Assembly: GCA_005790965.1 (NCBI GenBank)
Contig: SXTL01000024.1
Span: 1 to 48,022, forward strand
Direction of reading: 5' to 3'
Origin: Burkholderiales bacterium
Lineage (GTDB): Bacteria > Pseudomonadota > Gammaproteobacteria > Burkholderiales > Thiobacillaceae
Length of the DNA stretch: 48,022 nucleotides
Of this stretch, positions 9,624 to 20,439 are shown piece by piece (position 1 is the stretch's first letter; each line of letters begins with the position of its first letter). The notes under the pieces were generated by a model. That model saw only the letters and a program-made list of their open reading frames with translations, ran no database searches and was not told where the DNA came from. Both the position numbers and the translations under genes were made by a program.

Positions 9624-10296
9624 TCTTTTATTACGACTTCAGGAACGGCTGGGCTATCACTTTCAGGTCCCGCAGATTCTGATCGATGCCTTGACCCACC
9701 GCAGTTTTGCGGCCAGCAACAACGAACGGCTTGAGTTTCTCGGCGACGGAGTCCTTAATCTCTGTATCGGCCTCCTGCTTTACGAGCGTTTTCCGCAGAT
9801 CAAAGAAGGTCGCCTGTCGCGTCTGCGCGCCAATCTGGTCAGCCAGCAGCCCTTGTACGAGATTGCAACGGATCTGCGTTTGGGCGAGTTGCTGCGCTTG
9901 GGTGAGGGCGAGGTGCGCAGTGGCGGAACAGGGCGCCCCTCCATTTTGGCTGATGCGCTAGAGTCCGTGTTCGGCGCTGTCTTGCTGGACGGGGGATTTG
10001 AAGCGGTACGCGGAGTAATTTCTCGTTTGTTCTCGACCCGGTTGGCCGGCATTGATCCGGAGCAACAGGGCAAAGACGCCAAGACCCGTCTGCAGGAGTG
10101 GCTGCAGGGGCGGCGTCTCAATCTGCCCGTGTACACCTTGCGTGATACCCAAGGTCAAGCGCATGCGCAGACCTTTGTGGTCGAGTGTTGCGTTGCTGCG
10201 CTAAGCGTGCGAACGGAAGGTCAGGGCGCCAGCCGTAAGGCGGCAGAACAGGCCGCCGCTGAGGCGGCGTGTGCGTTGCTGGAATCGCCGACATGA
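9616..10296 (+). CDS. rnc: Ribonuclease III
   Basis: RNase III signature NERLEFLGDGVLNL and a C-terminal dsRBD. ATG 9616 overlaps the lepB stop by 8 nt; the ORF track starts at TTG 9610. Confidence 0.95.
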   Translation: MSDLLLRLQERLGYHFQVPQILIDALTHRSFAASNNERLEFLGDGVLNLCIGLLLYERFPQIKEGRLSRLRANLVSQQPLYEIATDLRLGELLRLGEGEVRSGGTGRPSILADALESVFGAVLLDGGFEAVRGVISRLFSTRLAGIDPEQQGKDAKTRLQEWLQGRRLNLPVYTLRDTQGQAHAQTFVVECCVAALSVRTEGQGASRKAAEQAAAEAACALLESPT

Positions 10297-11198
10297 AGCT
10301 TGCCAGTGCAGAGACGCCTATGAAGACAGGACTGATCGCCATCGTCGGGCGTCCGAATGTGGGCAAGTCCACCTTAGTCAATACCTTGGTCGGGGTCAAG
10401 ATCAGTATTACTGCCGATAAACCACAGACCACGCGCCACCGCATCCTTGGGGTGCGTACCGAGACCGATGCCCAATTCGTGTTTGTGGATACGCCGGGTT
10501 ACCAAACCCGGCACAAAAGCCAGCTCAACACTGCCATGAATCGCACCGTCCAGCAGGCCCTAGCCGAGGTCGATGTGATCCTTTTGGTGCTGGAGGCGGG
10601 CCGCTTTAGCCCGGCCGATGCTCAGGTGTTGCAGTTGCTGCCGAAGTCGCATCCGGTTATCGCAGTCATCAACAAGGTCGACCAGTTGGCCGACAAGACC
10701 CGGCTGCTGCCAGAACTGCAAACTTTAGCCGGGCGTTTCCCGTTTGCCGAGTTGGTGCCGCTGTCGGCGCGAACGGCCAGCGATGCAGAACGCCTCTTGG
10801 CCATCATCAAACCCTATTTGCCGGAAGGTGAGGCGATGTTTGAGGAGGACGCTATTACGGATCGAAGTGAGCGCTTTCTTGCCTCCGAGATCGTACGAGA
10901 AAAGGTTTTTCGCTTGACCGGCGAAGAGATCCCCTACGGTACGGCGGTGGAGATTGAGCAGTTCACGCAGGAACCCTCTGGGATGCGGCGCATCGGGGTG
11001 GTGATCCTGGTCGATCGCGAGGTGCACAAACCGATTATCCTGGGCGCGGGCGGTGAGCGGATGAAGCGTATCGCCAGCGAGTCGCGCCAGGACATGGAAC
11101 GACTGTTTGAGGCCAAGGTTCATTTGACCTGCTGGATCAAGGTGAAGACCGGCTGGATGGATAGTGCGGCCATGCTCAAGCGTTTGGGACACGAATAG
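10293..11198 (+). CDS. era: GTPase Era
   Basis: GRPNVGKSTL, DTPG and NKVD motifs plus a KH domain. ATG 10293 forms an ATGA overlap with the rnc stop; ATG 10320 is an alternative start. Confidence 0.95.
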   Translation: MKLASAETPMKTGLIAIVGRPNVGKSTLVNTLVGVKISITADKPQTTRHRILGVRTETDAQFVFVDTPGYQTRHKSQLNTAMNRTVQQALAEVDVILLVLEAGRFSPADAQVLQLLPKSHPVIAVINKVDQLADKTRLLPELQTLAGRFPFAELVPLSARTASDAERLLAIIKPYLPEGEAMFEEDAITDRSERFLASEIVREKVFRLTGEEIPYGTAVEIEQFTQEPSGMRRIGVVILVDREVHKPIILGAGGERMKRIASESRQDMERLFEAKVHLTCWIKVKTGWMDSAAMLKRLGHE

Positions 11199-11204
11199 CC
11201 ACTC

Positions 11205-11915
11205 ATGGCTGACCGAGTTGATCAGGCCGAGAGCTGGATCCTGCACACGCGGCCTTATCGCGAGACCAGCTTGTTGGTCGATGCGTTTAGCCGGGAACAT
11301 GGACGCTTGAGCCTGGTGGCGCGGGGTGGCCGTCGCCCACTTTCCTCGTTACGGGCTCGCCTGTTGGCCTTTCAACCCCTCGCGCTGTCTTGGTTTGGCA
11401 AGGGCGCTGTGCGCACCTTGCACGCCGCTGAGTGGCAGGGTGGGTTGCGTGATCTGGCTGGCGGAACCTTGATCTGCGGTTTTTATCTCAACGAACTGCT
11501 GCTGCGCTTATTACCGGCGGAAGATGCCCACGCGACCCTATTCGACGCCTATGGTGCAACCTTGCACGCCTTGGCGGCGGGCGAGCCTGCCGAGCGTTGT
11601 TTGCGCCGCTTCGAACTGGTCTTGCTTGAAGAGATGGGCTATGCCGAGCCCTTACATCAGACGGCCGCTGGTGTCCCCATCGAGGCCGAGCGGCGTTATT
11701 TTTGGCGGCCTGAGACTGGGCTAGTGGAGAGCGCCGGGGAAGCTGACGGTGGGCCGTATACTGGCGCGATGTTGCAGGCCTTGGCGGCAGGAGACTGGTC
11801 GCAGCCAGAAGTGTTGCAGGGGAGTAAATTCCTGATGCGGGCGCTGATTGGCCATCATCTCGGGGCCGGCCAACTGCATACTCGGCAACTCCTTATCGAT
11901 CTCAACACCCTCTAA
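11205..11915 (+). CDS. recO: DNA repair protein RecO
   Basis: 236-aa ORF in the conserved era-recO-pdxJ position, with a RecO-like N-terminal OB region ([30 protein letters not shown]). Confidence 0.9.
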   Translation: MADRVDQAESWILHTRPYRETSLLVDAFSREHGRLSLVARGGRRPLSSLRARLLAFQPLALSWFGKGAVRTLHAAEWQGGLRDLAGGTLICGFYLNELLLRLLPAEDAHATLFDAYGATLHALAAGEPAERCLRRFELVLLEEMGYAEPLHQTAAGVPIEAERRYFWRPETGLVESAGEADGGPYTGAMLQALAAGDWSQPEVLQGSKFLMRALIGHHLGAGQLHTRQLLIDLNTL

Positions 11916-11934
11916 CCCCTCAGCTCTGATAGCG

Positions 11935-12669
11935 ATGCCTTCATCTCTCTCCAGCCGAAAACTCGGCGTCAACATCGACCATGTGGCCACTCTGCGTCAG
12001 GCTCGTGGCACCCATTACCCAAACCCCATCGAGGCGGCCCTGCAGGCCGAAGCGGCGGGGGCCGACCTGATTACCCTGCATTTGCGTGAAGATCGACGCC
12101 ATATTCAAGATGCTGATGTGTTCACCCTGCGCCCTTTGTTAAAGACGCGTATGAATCTGGAGATGGCGGTCACTGAAGAAATGATTGGTATTGCCTTGCA
12201 GGTCCGGCCTCAGGATGTCTGTCTGGTCCCGGAACGCCGTCAGGAACTTACTACGGAAGGTGGACTGGATGTGGCCGGGCAGATGGAGCGTATGCGAGAT
12301 GCGTGTCAGCGGCTAGGCGCAGCGGGCATCCGGGTTTCGTTGTTCATTGATGCCGAGGCGCGGCAACTGGAGGCCGCACGCATGGTTGGGGCACCGGTTG
12401 TGGAGATTCACACTGGGCGTTTTGCCGAGGCCGAAGAAGCGTTGCTCGCCGAGGAGCTGAAGCGGATTCAGCAGGCGGTGGCAAGGGGTCTCGACCTGGG
12501 GTTGCAGGTCAATGCGGGGCATGGCTTGCATTACCAAAATGTTCAGGCCATCGCGGCCATTCCCGGGGTCGAGGAACTTAACATCGGCCACGCCATCGTG
12601 GCGCAGGCCCTCTTCACGGGCTGGATGCCCGCCGTCAGCGAGATGAAGCGCTTGATTTTGGCAGCCTAG
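11935..12669 (+). CDS. pdxJ: Pyridoxine 5'-phosphate synthase PdxJ
   Basis: [28 protein letters not shown] and EIHTGRFA motifs. Start chosen at ATG 11935 ([13 protein letters not shown]), downstream of the recO stop. Confidence 0.95.
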   Translation: MPSSLSSRKLGVNIDHVATLRQARGTHYPNPIEAALQAEAAGADLITLHLREDRRHIQDADVFTLRPLLKTRMNLEMAVTEEMIGIALQVRPQDVCLVPERRQELTTEGGLDVAGQMERMRDACQRLGAAGIRVSLFIDAEARQLEAARMVGAPVVEIHTGRFAEAEEALLAEELKRIQQAVARGLDLGLQVNAGHGLHYQNVQAIAAIPGVEELNIGHAIVAQALFTGWMPAVSEMKRLILAA

Positions 12670-12675
12670 GCTCGA

Positions 12676-14640
12676 CTAGACCGGGCGGGAAAGGCGTTCG
12701 GTGATGGCCGCCAGATCCTCAGGCAGGCCACGCAAAACGAGCATGTCACCGGCCTGCAGGCGCGTATCCGGTGATGGGTCTGCGGCCCGAATGCCGTGGC
12801 GGCGCACCGCAACCACGGTGGCGGCGGCATCGACAAGGTCGAGTTCGCTGAGCTTGCGACCAACCGCCATCCGGTGTTTTTCGATTAACAGGGTGGTCAG
12901 CCGTTCTTGGGCATGCCCCGATTCTTCGTCATCGCTGGCGCCTTGAAAGAATCCACGCAGGGTGCTGTAGCGCCGTTCGCGCATCTGGCGGATGTGTTTG
13001 AGGACGCGTCCGAGTGGGGTGCCCGCCATCAATAGGGTCTGTGACCCGAGCATCAGGGCGCCCTCCATAACCTCGGAAACTACCTCGGTGGCGCCGGCCT
13101 GCTTGACCTTCTCGAGGTCTGTGTCATCCAAAGTGCGGACCAGGACGGGTAGGCCGGGGTGGAGATGACGAACCGCACCGAGGACCGAGAGCGCCGTCGG
13201 GGTATGGGCAAAGCTGATGACTAGGGCCTTGGCGCGGCGGATGCCCGCCGCCATCAGGACTTCCTGACGACTGCAGTTGCCGAACACGACATTGTCGCCC
13301 GCGGCGGCAGCGGCCTTGACGCGTTTGGGGTCGTGATCTAGGGCGATGAAAGGGATGCCCTCGGCCTCCAGGATACGGGCCACACTTTGGCCGGTGCGGC
13401 CGTAGCCGCAGAGGATGACATGTTCCTCAATGCCGAAGCTCTTGCGGGAGATTTCGTGGATGCCGCGCGCGCGTTCTAGCCAAGCGCCCCCACAAATCCT
13501 AAGCACGATGTGGCTACTGTGTTGGAGCAGGAGGGGAGCGATCAGCATCGAAAGCACCATGCCAGCGGCAATGGCTTGGCGTAATTGGGGTTCGAAGAGT
13601 TGACTGTCGCCCGCCAAAGTAAGCAGGACAAGGCCGAATTCGCCGGCCTGAGCGAGCCCAATACCGGTCAGCAAAGCGTCCGAGGTGTGTGGGGTGTACA
13701 GGCGTCCTAGCGGAAGGACGAGGGCAAATTTGACCAGCGTCGCGAGAAGTAGAACGACCAGCACGGCCGGTAGTTGCCCGCTTACCGTCGTCAGATCGAG
13801 GGATAGACCGATCGTGACGAAGAAAAGCCCCATCAGGACATCACGGAAGGGGCGGATATCGCTTTCCACCTGGAAGCGGTATTCCGTTTCCGAGATCAAC
13901 ATGCCGGCGACAAAGGCGCCCAGTGCCAGAGACAGGCCCGCCTGGGCCGTCAGATAGGCCAGACCCAAGGTGATGAACAGGACATTCAGCATGAATAGCT
14001 CGGAGGATTTGCGCTCGGCGACCAGATGAAACCAAGGGCGCAAGATGCGCTGTCCCAGAAGCAGGATAACGGCCAGAACCACGGTGGCTTTCAAGGCGGC
14101 AGCGCCCAGCGCCCAGCCTAGCCCGACGCCGCTAGCCAAGGCCGGGATAAAGATCATCAGGGGCACGACAGCGAGATCTTGGAACAGCAGGATGCCGATG
14201 ATCATCTGGCCGTGCGGGGTGTCGAGTTCGCCACGGTCGGCGAGGGTCTTGCTGACGATGGCCGTGGATGACATGGCCAGGATCCCGCCCAGAACGAGGC
14301 CTTCCGTCATGGAAAAGCCCAGTGACCAGCCGATGCCAGCGGCGACCAACAGGGTCAGGCCAACCTGCAAGCTACCTAGTCCGAAGACCAAGCCGCGCAT
14401 GGCTCGCAAACGGCTGAGGGAAAATTCTAGGCCGATCGAGAACATCAGGAAGACGATGCCAAACTCGGCCAGGGTGTGGGTCTCGGTATCGTTGTTGGCG
14501 AGGCTGAAACCCGATGGGCCCATTAGGGTCCCGACCGTAACATAGCCCAGCATGGCCGGCAGGCGCAGGCTGCGAAACAGCGCGGTGCTGAGTACCGCGG
14601 CGGCTAGAAGGATGAGGACAAGGCCCAGAGTGGTGTGCAT
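12676..14640 (-). CDS. Monovalent cation:proton antiporter-2 (CPA2) family protein, Kef/YbaL type, with C-terminal RCK (TrkA-N plus TrkA-C) domains
   Basis: 654-aa ORF. About 12 TM helices form a Na+/H+ exchanger domain, followed by a Rossmann motif HVILCGYGRTGQSVARIL and a TrkA-C-like tail. Confidence 0.9.
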   Translation of the reverse strand: MHTTLGLVLILLAAAVLSTALFRSLRLPAMLGYVTVGTLMGPSGFSLANNDTETHTLAEFGIVFLMFSIGLEFSLSRLRAMRGLVFGLGSLQVGLTLLVAAGIGWSLGFSMTEGLVLGGILAMSSTAIVSKTLADRGELDTPHGQMIIGILLFQDLAVVPLMIFIPALASGVGLGWALGAAALKATVVLAVILLLGQRILRPWFHLVAERKSSELFMLNVLFITLGLAYLTAQAGLSLALGAFVAGMLISETEYRFQVESDIRPFRDVLMGLFFVTIGLSLDLTTVSGQLPAVLVVLLLATLVKFALVLPLGRLYTPHTSDALLTGIGLAQAGEFGLVLLTLAGDSQLFEPQLRQAIAAGMVLSMLIAPLLLQHSSHIVLRICGGAWLERARGIHEISRKSFGIEEHVILCGYGRTGQSVARILEAEGIPFIALDHDPKRVKAAAAAGDNVVFGNCSRQEVLMAAGIRRAKALVISFAHTPTALSVLGAVRHLHPGLPVLVRTLDDTDLEKVKQAGATEVVSEVMEGALMLGSQTLLMAGTPLGRVLKHIRQMRERRYSTLRGFFQGASDDEESGHAQERLTTLLIEKHRMAVGRKLSELDLVDAAATVVAVRRHGIRAADPSPDTRLQAGDMLVLRGLPEDLAAITERLSRPV

Positions 14641-14696
14641 CGTTTTTGTGTTCGTGTACCGGTTTGTCTGTGGTGGAAGAGAAAGGTCACGCTACA

Positions 14697-15707
14697 ATGA
14701 GCCTCATTATGACAGTTCCCTCCACTCCTCACATGTGTCCAGATAACGAGATTCTCGCCATGGGGCGCCGTACGCTTGAGATCGAGGCCGAGGCGCTGAC
14801 GGCGCTAGCCGAGCGTCTGGGGCCGGAGTTGGTGTTGGCCGTGCAGGCCCTCCTGGCCTGCCGGGGACGCGTGGTGGTCAGCGGCATGGGTAAGTCTGGC
14901 CATATCGGTGGCAAGATTGCAGCCAGTCTGGCCTCGACGGGCACGCCGGCCTTCTTCGTCCATCCGGGCGAGGCTAGCCATGGCGACCTCGGCATGATTC
15001 AGCACGATGATGTGGTGATTGCCTTGTCTAACTCGGGCGAGAGCGGGGAGTTGGTGACCATCCTGCCCCTGATCAAGCGGCGCGGCGCCTATCTGATTGC
15101 CATTACCGGCAACCCAGAATCGACGCTGGCCCGCGAGGCTAATCTGCATCTGGAGGCCGCTGTTGCCCAGGAGGCCTGTCCGCTCAATCTGGCACCGACG
15201 GCTAGCACGACGGCGGCCCTGGCCATTGGCGATGCCCTGACGGTGGCGACCTTGCACGCGCGCGGTTTTACAGCCGAGGATTTTGCGCGCACTCATCCAG
15301 GTGGCTCCTTAGGGCGACGCCTGTTGGTTCATGTGCGTGACCTGATGCACAGCGGCGAGGCTCTGCCAGTGGTGAGCGAGGCGGCCAGTCTTAAGGCGGC
15401 GTTGCTGGAAATGACCCAGAAGGGCTTAGGCATGACGGCCATTGTCGATGCGGCAGGGGGCTTGGTGGGGATCTTTACCGACGGCGACTTGCGGCGTTGC
15501 CTGGATCGCGATGTCGATGTGCGTGGAGCGTCCATTCGTGAAGTCATGAAGACCGAACCGCGGACGATCCACGCTGATGCCCTCGCGGTCGAGGCGGTCG
15601 AGCGCATGCAGGAGTGGCGAGTCAACGGGATGTTGGTGGTTGATGCCGACAACCGCTTGGTGGGGGCGCTGAATATGCATGACCTTCTGCGTGCGGGGGT
15701 GGTGTGA
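14697..15707 (+). CDS. kdsD: Arabinose-5-phosphate isomerase KdsD (SIS domain plus tandem CBS)
   Basis: GRVVVSGMGKSGHIGGKIAASLASTGTPAFFVHPGEASHGDLGM and C-terminal CBS pairs. Start at ATG 14697 by alignment to the E. coli KdsD N-terminus. Confidence 0.94.
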   Translation: MSLIMTVPSTPHMCPDNEILAMGRRTLEIEAEALTALAERLGPELVLAVQALLACRGRVVVSGMGKSGHIGGKIAASLASTGTPAFFVHPGEASHGDLGMIQHDDVVIALSNSGESGELVTILPLIKRRGAYLIAITGNPESTLAREANLHLEAAVAQEACPLNLAPTASTTAALAIGDALTVATLHARGFTAEDFARTHPGGSLGRRLLVHVRDLMHSGEALPVVSEAASLKAALLEMTQKGLGMTAIVDAAGGLVGIFTDGDLRRCLDRDVDVRGASIREVMKTEPRTIHADALAVEAVERMQEWRVNGMLVVDADNRLVGALNMHDLLRAGVV

Positions 15708-16243
15708 TGGCAGAAACACACGAGCAAGTCTTGGCGCGGGCCTCCCGTATTCGGGCAGTGATCTTCGATGTGGACGGGGTGCTGACCGATGGCAGCCTGT
15801 TCTTCGATAATGAAGGCCATGAATACAAGGCCTTCAACTCACGTGACGGTCATGGCATCAAGATGCTCAAGGCCAGCGGGGTCGAGCCGGCCATCATCAC
15901 GGGACGCACTTCGAATGTGGTCATGCATCGGGCCAAGAACCTGGGGATCGAGCGCATTTATCAAGGCGCTGAGGACAAACTGGAGGCTTACGAACAATTG
16001 TGTCGCGAGGCGGGCCTGAGTCACGACGAGGTGGCTTGTATCGGTGACGATCTGGTTGATCTGCCCATCCTGCGGCGCTGCGGGCTTGCGGTGACGGTGC
16101 CGGAGGCTCCGGACGAGGTCTTGGCGCGTGTGCATTTTGTGACCCCGCAGCCCGGGGGGCGCGGTGCGGCGCGGGCCCTGTGCGAACTCATTATGCGGGC
16201 GCAAGGGACCTGGGCCGCGCAACTGGCTCTGTACGATCGCTGA
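15707..16243 (+). CDS. kdsC: 3-deoxy-D-manno-octulosonate 8-phosphate phosphatase KdsC
   Basis: HAD motif VIFDVDGVLTDG and GDDLVDLP. The ATG overlaps the kdsD stop; GTG 15704 is an alternative start. Confidence 0.93.
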   Translation: MAETHEQVLARASRIRAVIFDVDGVLTDGSLFFDNEGHEYKAFNSRDGHGIKMLKASGVEPAIITGRTSNVVMHRAKNLGIERIYQGAEDKLEAYEQLCREAGLSHDEVACIGDDLVDLPILRRCGLAVTVPEAPDEVLARVHFVTPQPGGRGAARALCELIMRAQGTWAAQLALYDR

Positions 16244-16244
16244 T

Positions 16245-16823
16245 ATGGCGATGCTGGCATCGTGGCGCGTCGGTTCGGTGCTGCCTATGCTGACGGTGGC
16301 TGTGCTGGCGGCGCTTTCTCTGTGGTTGAAGGATGTATCGCACATCGCCGACTTGTTCGATATGCGAGGATTTCGCCACGAACCCGGGACGATTATTGAA
16401 GCTCTGCGCTTAACCTCGGTGAGCCGTCAGTCCTCGACTACGCAGGTCTTGACGGCGCAGCGGATGACCCATTTTCTCGATGACGACACCCTGCGCTTGG
16501 TTGAGCCGCGTTATGACCGTTTCCAGGCCGGAGGTGGCCAGATGCATATCACGGCCCGGCGCGGCCTGGTTTCCGAAGATCGCGATAATTTTTATTTTCT
16601 GGATGAGGTACGATTGCAGCGCGAGGCGAACCGTGGGGGTGAGCCTCTTGTTTTGACGACGGAATACCTGCGGGTGATGCTGGACATGGATCGGGTGCGG
16701 ACGGATAAACCCGTCCAAGTAAAACAGGGTCGGAGCCGTATCGACGCGCAAGGCATGGAGGCAGACGGCAAGTCAGGCACCATGGAGTTTGCCGGACCGG
16801 TGAGGAGTGTCTATGAAAAATAA
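16245..16823 (+). CDS. lptC: LPS export system protein LptC
   Basis: N-terminal TM anchor followed by an OstA-like beta-jellyroll. It occupies the conserved kdsC-lptC-lptA-lptB position. Start at ATG 16245, 1 nt after the kdsC stop. Confidence 0.85.
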   Translation: MAMLASWRVGSVLPMLTVAVLAALSLWLKDVSHIADLFDMRGFRHEPGTIIEALRLTSVSRQSSTTQVLTAQRMTHFLDDDTLRLVEPRYDRFQAGGGQMHITARRGLVSEDRDNFYFLDEVRLQREANRGGEPLVLTTEYLRVMLDMDRVRTDKPVQVKQGRSRIDAQGMEADGKSGTMEFAGPVRSVYEK

Positions 16824-17412
16824 GGGCTTGATGTTGCATGCGGTATTGGCGGCTGTCTTGTGCACAGCGGCCTGCGCATGGGCCGAAAAGGCTGATATGG
16901 CACAGCCTGTCTACATCAACGCGGCCAGTATGCGGCTTGACGATGCTCGTAAACTGACTGTTTATGAGGGAAGTGTGGTTATGACGCGTGGCAGTCTGCA
17001 GATTGAGGGCGATCGGATCGAGATTGCGCAAGATGCCGTGGGCTTGAATACGGGGGTCGCTTACGGTCGTCCGGCGCAATTCCGGCAGAAAGAGGAGGGC
17101 ACCGGGCATATCGTAGAAGGCTGGGCTGAGCGTATCGATTACGATGGGCGTACCGAGATCGTCAAACTGACCGGGCAGGCCCGCTTGAAACGCGGCAATT
17201 TGCAGGAAATGCACAGCGATAGTGTCGTTTACGACATGCGCACTCAGGTCTATCAGGCCCGCGGGGATACCACACCGACCGCACCGGGCCGGGTGATTGC
17301 GGTGATTCAGAGCAAGACGCCGGCGGGGCCGCCGCTTGTGGCAGATAAGGCTCCCGCCCCGGCGCCTATGCCGCCGAAGTCCATCCCGGTCATGCCGGCT
17401 GTGTCTAAATGA
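16813..17412 (+). CDS. lptA: LPS transport periplasmic protein LptA
   Basis: Signal peptide [24 protein letters not shown] and an OstA N-terminal-like domain. GAGGAG RBS lies upstream of ATG 16813. Confidence 0.9.
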   Translation: MKNKGLMLHAVLAAVLCTAACAWAEKADMAQPVYINAASMRLDDARKLTVYEGSVVMTRGSLQIEGDRIEIAQDAVGLNTGVAYGRPAQFRQKEEGTGHIVEGWAERIDYDGRTEIVKLTGQARLKRGNLQEMHSDSVVYDMRTQVYQARGDTTPTAPGRVIAVIQSKTPAGPPLVADKAPAPAPMPPKSIPVMPAVSK

Positions 17413-18131
17413 GCCTGTTGCGCGCGGTTGGTCTGCGCAAGCGTTATCGGCGCCGGACCATCCTGCAGGAGGTCTCCATCGAGGTTGCGAGTGGCGAGGT
17501 CGTCGGCCTGTTGGGACCGAACGGAGCCGGCAAGACCACTTCGTTTTACATGTTGGTAGGCCTGGTCCCGGCCGATGGTGGGCAGATCTTTATTGATGAA
17601 CACGAGGTCACCCATGAACCGGTCTATCGCCGGGCTCGGCTGGGATTGTCTTACCTGCCGCAGGAGAGCTCGATCTTCCGGCGCATGACGGTGGCCGACA
17701 ATATCGCCGCCATCCTTGAGTTGCAGGGCCACAAAGGATCTGCCGTGGAGGAACATCTCCAGCTTTTGCTTGATGATCTGCACATCGATCACCTGCGCGA
17801 TGCCGCGGCGACCAGTCTGTCGGGCGGCGAGCGGCGGCGGGTGGAGATAGCCCGCACTTTGGCGATGCGACCCCGTTTTGTGTTGCTCGACGAGCCCTTT
17901 GCTGGCATCGACCCCCTCTCCGTGGTGGACATTCAGAAGATCATTCGCTTTTTAGTGGAGCGTGACATTGGCGTCCTGATTACTGACCACAATGTGCGCG
18001 AGACGCTCGGTATCTGTGATCGCGCCTACATCCTCAGCGAAGGGCGTGTCATGATTTCTGGCCGTCCGGACGAGATTGTCTACAATGAGGATGTACGCCG
18101 GGTTTATCTCGGCGAGAATTTCCGGCTCTGA
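17409..18131 (+). CDS. lptB: LPS export ABC transporter ATP-binding protein LptB
   Basis: Walker [13 protein letters not shown] signature [13 protein letters not shown] and Walker [17 protein letters not shown] overlap with lptA. Confidence 0.97.
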   Translation: MSLLRAVGLRKRYRRRTILQEVSIEVASGEVVGLLGPNGAGKTTSFYMLVGLVPADGGQIFIDEHEVTHEPVYRRARLGLSYLPQESSIFRRMTVADNIAAILELQGHKGSAVEEHLQLLLDDLHIDHLRDAAATSLSGGERRRVEIARTLAMRPRFVLLDEPFAGIDPLSVVDIQKIIRFLVERDIGVLITDHNVRETLGICDRAYILSEGRVMISGRPDEIVYNEDVRRVYLGENFRL

Positions 18132-18146
18132 TTTGAGTCGTCTTGT

Positions 18147-19586
18147 GTGAAACAAAACCTTCATCTTGGGCTGCGTTCCCAACTGGCTCTGACGCCGCAA
18201 CTCCAGCAGTCGATTCGTTTGTTGCAGATGTCGAGCTTGGATCTCAATCAGGAGATCGGTGATCTCCTGCAACAAAACCCCCTGCTGGAATGTGATGATT
18301 TACCGCTTGCGTCAGTGGGTGGTGAGCCAGCGCCCGGGGATAGAGACCTTGAGACGCGCGTTGGCGAGGTTGATAGCGGCGGCGCTAGTGAGGTGGCCCT
18401 GGATCTGGCCTGGGGTGATGGCGGCGGCGGGGCCGGCGAACAGATCCAGGACGAGGGCTTTGAAGAGGGCTTTAACCTTGAAGACCCGGCCGGGCTGAAC
18501 CTGCGTCAGCACTTGTTGGATCAAGTGGCTTTGATGCCACTTGCCGAGCCGATCCGGCGCCGCGTGCAAGTTTTGATCGAATCGTTGGATGAAGACGGCT
18601 TTCTATTTACGGGTCTGGATGAATTGGTGACTCTGTTGCCAGAATCGCCGGAGGATGAGTTGGAACGCCTGGAGGTAGCCCTACGGGTGCTTCAGGGTCT
18701 GGATCCGGTAGGTGTCGGTGCGCGGGGTTTGGGGGAGTGTCTGCAGCTACAGTTGCAGAACCTGCCAGTCACTACGCTTTGGCGCACGGAGGCATTGCGG
18801 CTGGTGAAGGGTTATCTGCCTTTGTTGGCCGAGCGGGAGTACGCTCAGTTGCGGCGGGCCTTGGGACTGTCTTGCGAAGCGGATTTGCAGGCGGTGCGGG
18901 ATTTGCTGGCCTCGCTCAATCCCCGTCCCGGGGCGATCTATGCTGCTCAGGCGACGCAATTTGTTATCCCCGATGTTATTGTGCGCAAGACCGGAACGGG
19001 CGCTAAGGCCCGTTGGCAGGTTCAGCTCAATAGCGAGGCTATGCCGCGCCTGCGCGTGAATGCACTTTATGCCAATATCCTCAATCAGCAGGGTCAGTCC
19101 CCTGCGCTGGCTGCCCAGTTGCAGGAGGCCCGTTGGATGATCCGTAGTGTGCAGCAACGCTTTGAGACTATCCTGAGGGTGGCACGGGCTTTGGTGGCGC
19201 ACCAACAGGGTTGGCTGGAACACGGCGATGCCGGCTTACGGCCCTTGATTTTGCGTGAGGTGGCCGATCAGTTGGGTCTGCATGAATCGACCATATCTCG
19301 TGCGACCACGCAGAAGTACATGCTCACTCCGCGCGGGGTGTTTGAATTCAAGAGCCTGTTTGGCAATGCGGTGGCGACGGAGGCGGGCGAAGCGGCCTCC
19401 AGCCAAGCCATCAAGGCCATTTTGCGGCAGATGATCCGGTCTGAGAAGGCAGCCCAGCCCCTCTCGGATCAGGCCTTGTCGGATGCCTTAGGTCAACAAG
19501 GGTTTCGGGTTGCGCGCCGGACCGTGGCAAAATATCGGGAACAGATGCATATTGAGCCGGCGGCGCAACGCCGGAGGATTGCTTGA
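18147..19586 (+). CDS. rpoN: RNA polymerase sigma-54 factor RpoN
   Basis: N-terminus MKQNLHLGLRSQLALTPQLQQSIRLLQMS, a C-terminal HTH and the RpoN box ARRTVAKYRE. GTG start. Confidence 0.97.
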   Translation: MKQNLHLGLRSQLALTPQLQQSIRLLQMSSLDLNQEIGDLLQQNPLLECDDLPLASVGGEPAPGDRDLETRVGEVDSGGASEVALDLAWGDGGGGAGEQIQDEGFEEGFNLEDPAGLNLRQHLLDQVALMPLAEPIRRRVQVLIESLDEDGFLFTGLDELVTLLPESPEDELERLEVALRVLQGLDPVGVGARGLGECLQLQLQNLPVTTLWRTEALRLVKGYLPLLAEREYAQLRRALGLSCEADLQAVRDLLASLNPRPGAIYAAQATQFVIPDVIVRKTGTGAKARWQVQLNSEAMPRLRVNALYANILNQQGQSPALAAQLQEARWMIRSVQQRFETILRVARALVAHQQGWLEHGDAGLRPLILREVADQLGLHESTISRATTQKYMLTPRGVFEFKSLFGNAVATEAGEAASSQAIKAILRQMIRSEKAAQPLSDQALSDALGQQGFRVARRTVAKYREQMHIEPAAQRRRIA

Positions 19587-19638
19587 ACCGGGAGCTGCGT
19601 TGTCAGCGCCCGGCGTTTTTAACCACTTGGAGTTCAAC

Positions 19639-19965
19639 ATGAACCTTATTGTTACTGGTCATCACCTCGAAATCACCCCGGCTATCCGCAGCTATGTTGA
19701 AGGCCGCGTGAAGCGCATTACCCACCATTTTGACCATGTCATTGATGTGGCCGTGACGCTGGGCGTCGAGAAATTGAATCACAAGGCCGAGGCCCAGGTT
19801 CATCTCCCCGGCAAGGACATCCATGTCGAGGCTATTGAGCCGGACATGTATGCCGCCATTGATGCCCTGGAAGAGAAACTGGACCGTCAGATCGTCAAGC
19901 ACAAGGAAAAGCTGGGCGCGGTGCATCGTGACGAGGGTGGCATCAAACGCGCCAGCGTGGATTGA
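19639..19965 (+). CDS. hpf: Ribosome hibernation promoting factor (short HPF/YhbH type)
   Basis: MNLIVTGHHLEITPAIRSYVEGRVKRI..., 108 aa, in the conserved position after rpoN. Confidence 0.93.
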   Translation: MNLIVTGHHLEITPAIRSYVEGRVKRITHHFDHVIDVAVTLGVEKLNHKAEAQVHLPGKDIHVEAIEPDMYAAIDALEEKLDRQIVKHKEKLGAVHRDEGGIKRASVD

Positions 19966-19983
19966 TCTGCTGGTCGTAATGCC

Positions 19984-20439
19984 ATGAACCTGATTGCGAA
20001 ATGGCTGGCCCCTGCGAATGTCGTGGCGGGAGCTAGCATTGCCAGCAAGAAACGCTTGCTGGAAGAGGCGGGGCGTCTCATCGAGGCGAGCCACGGCGTT
20101 TCTTCTGCCGAGGTGTTCGATAGCCTGTTCTCGCGTGAGAAGCTGGGTTCGACCGCCTTGGGGTATGGGATTGCCATTCCCCATGGCCGCATCAAGGGCC
20201 TCAAGGAGGCGGTCTGCGTTTTTTATCGCTTGGCCACGCCCTTGGATTACGATGCGCCCGACGGGATGCCGGTGGATCTGGTTTTTGTTTTGCTTGCTCC
20301 GGCCACGGCAACCGATCAGCATTTGCAGGTCCTGGCTGAATTGGCCCAGATGTTGAGCGGCAAGTCAGTACGCGAGCGGCTACGCGCGGCGCCGGATGCC
20401 GCGTCCTTACATAAGCTGATCTGCGAGTGGATTCCCTAG
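19984..20439 (+). CDS. ptsN: PTS-Ntr IIA component PtsN
   Basis: 151-aa EIIA(Ntr/Fru) fold with a phosphorylatable His in GYGIAIPHGRIKG. Confidence 0.93.
   Translation: MNLIAKWLAPANVVAGASIASKKRLLEEAGRLIEASHGVSSAEVFDSLFSREKLGSTALGYGIAIPHGRIKGLKEAVCVFYRLATPLDYDAPDGMPVDLVFVLLAPATATDQHLQVLAELAQMLSGKSVRERLRAAPDAASLHKLICEWIP

Noticed and set aside
19180-19194. Sigma-54-like element TGGCAC-N5-TTGG
   Set aside because: It lies inside the rpoN coding sequence ~400 nt from its end. The -12 element is TTGG rather than TTGC, and no downstream gene start is suitably placed.
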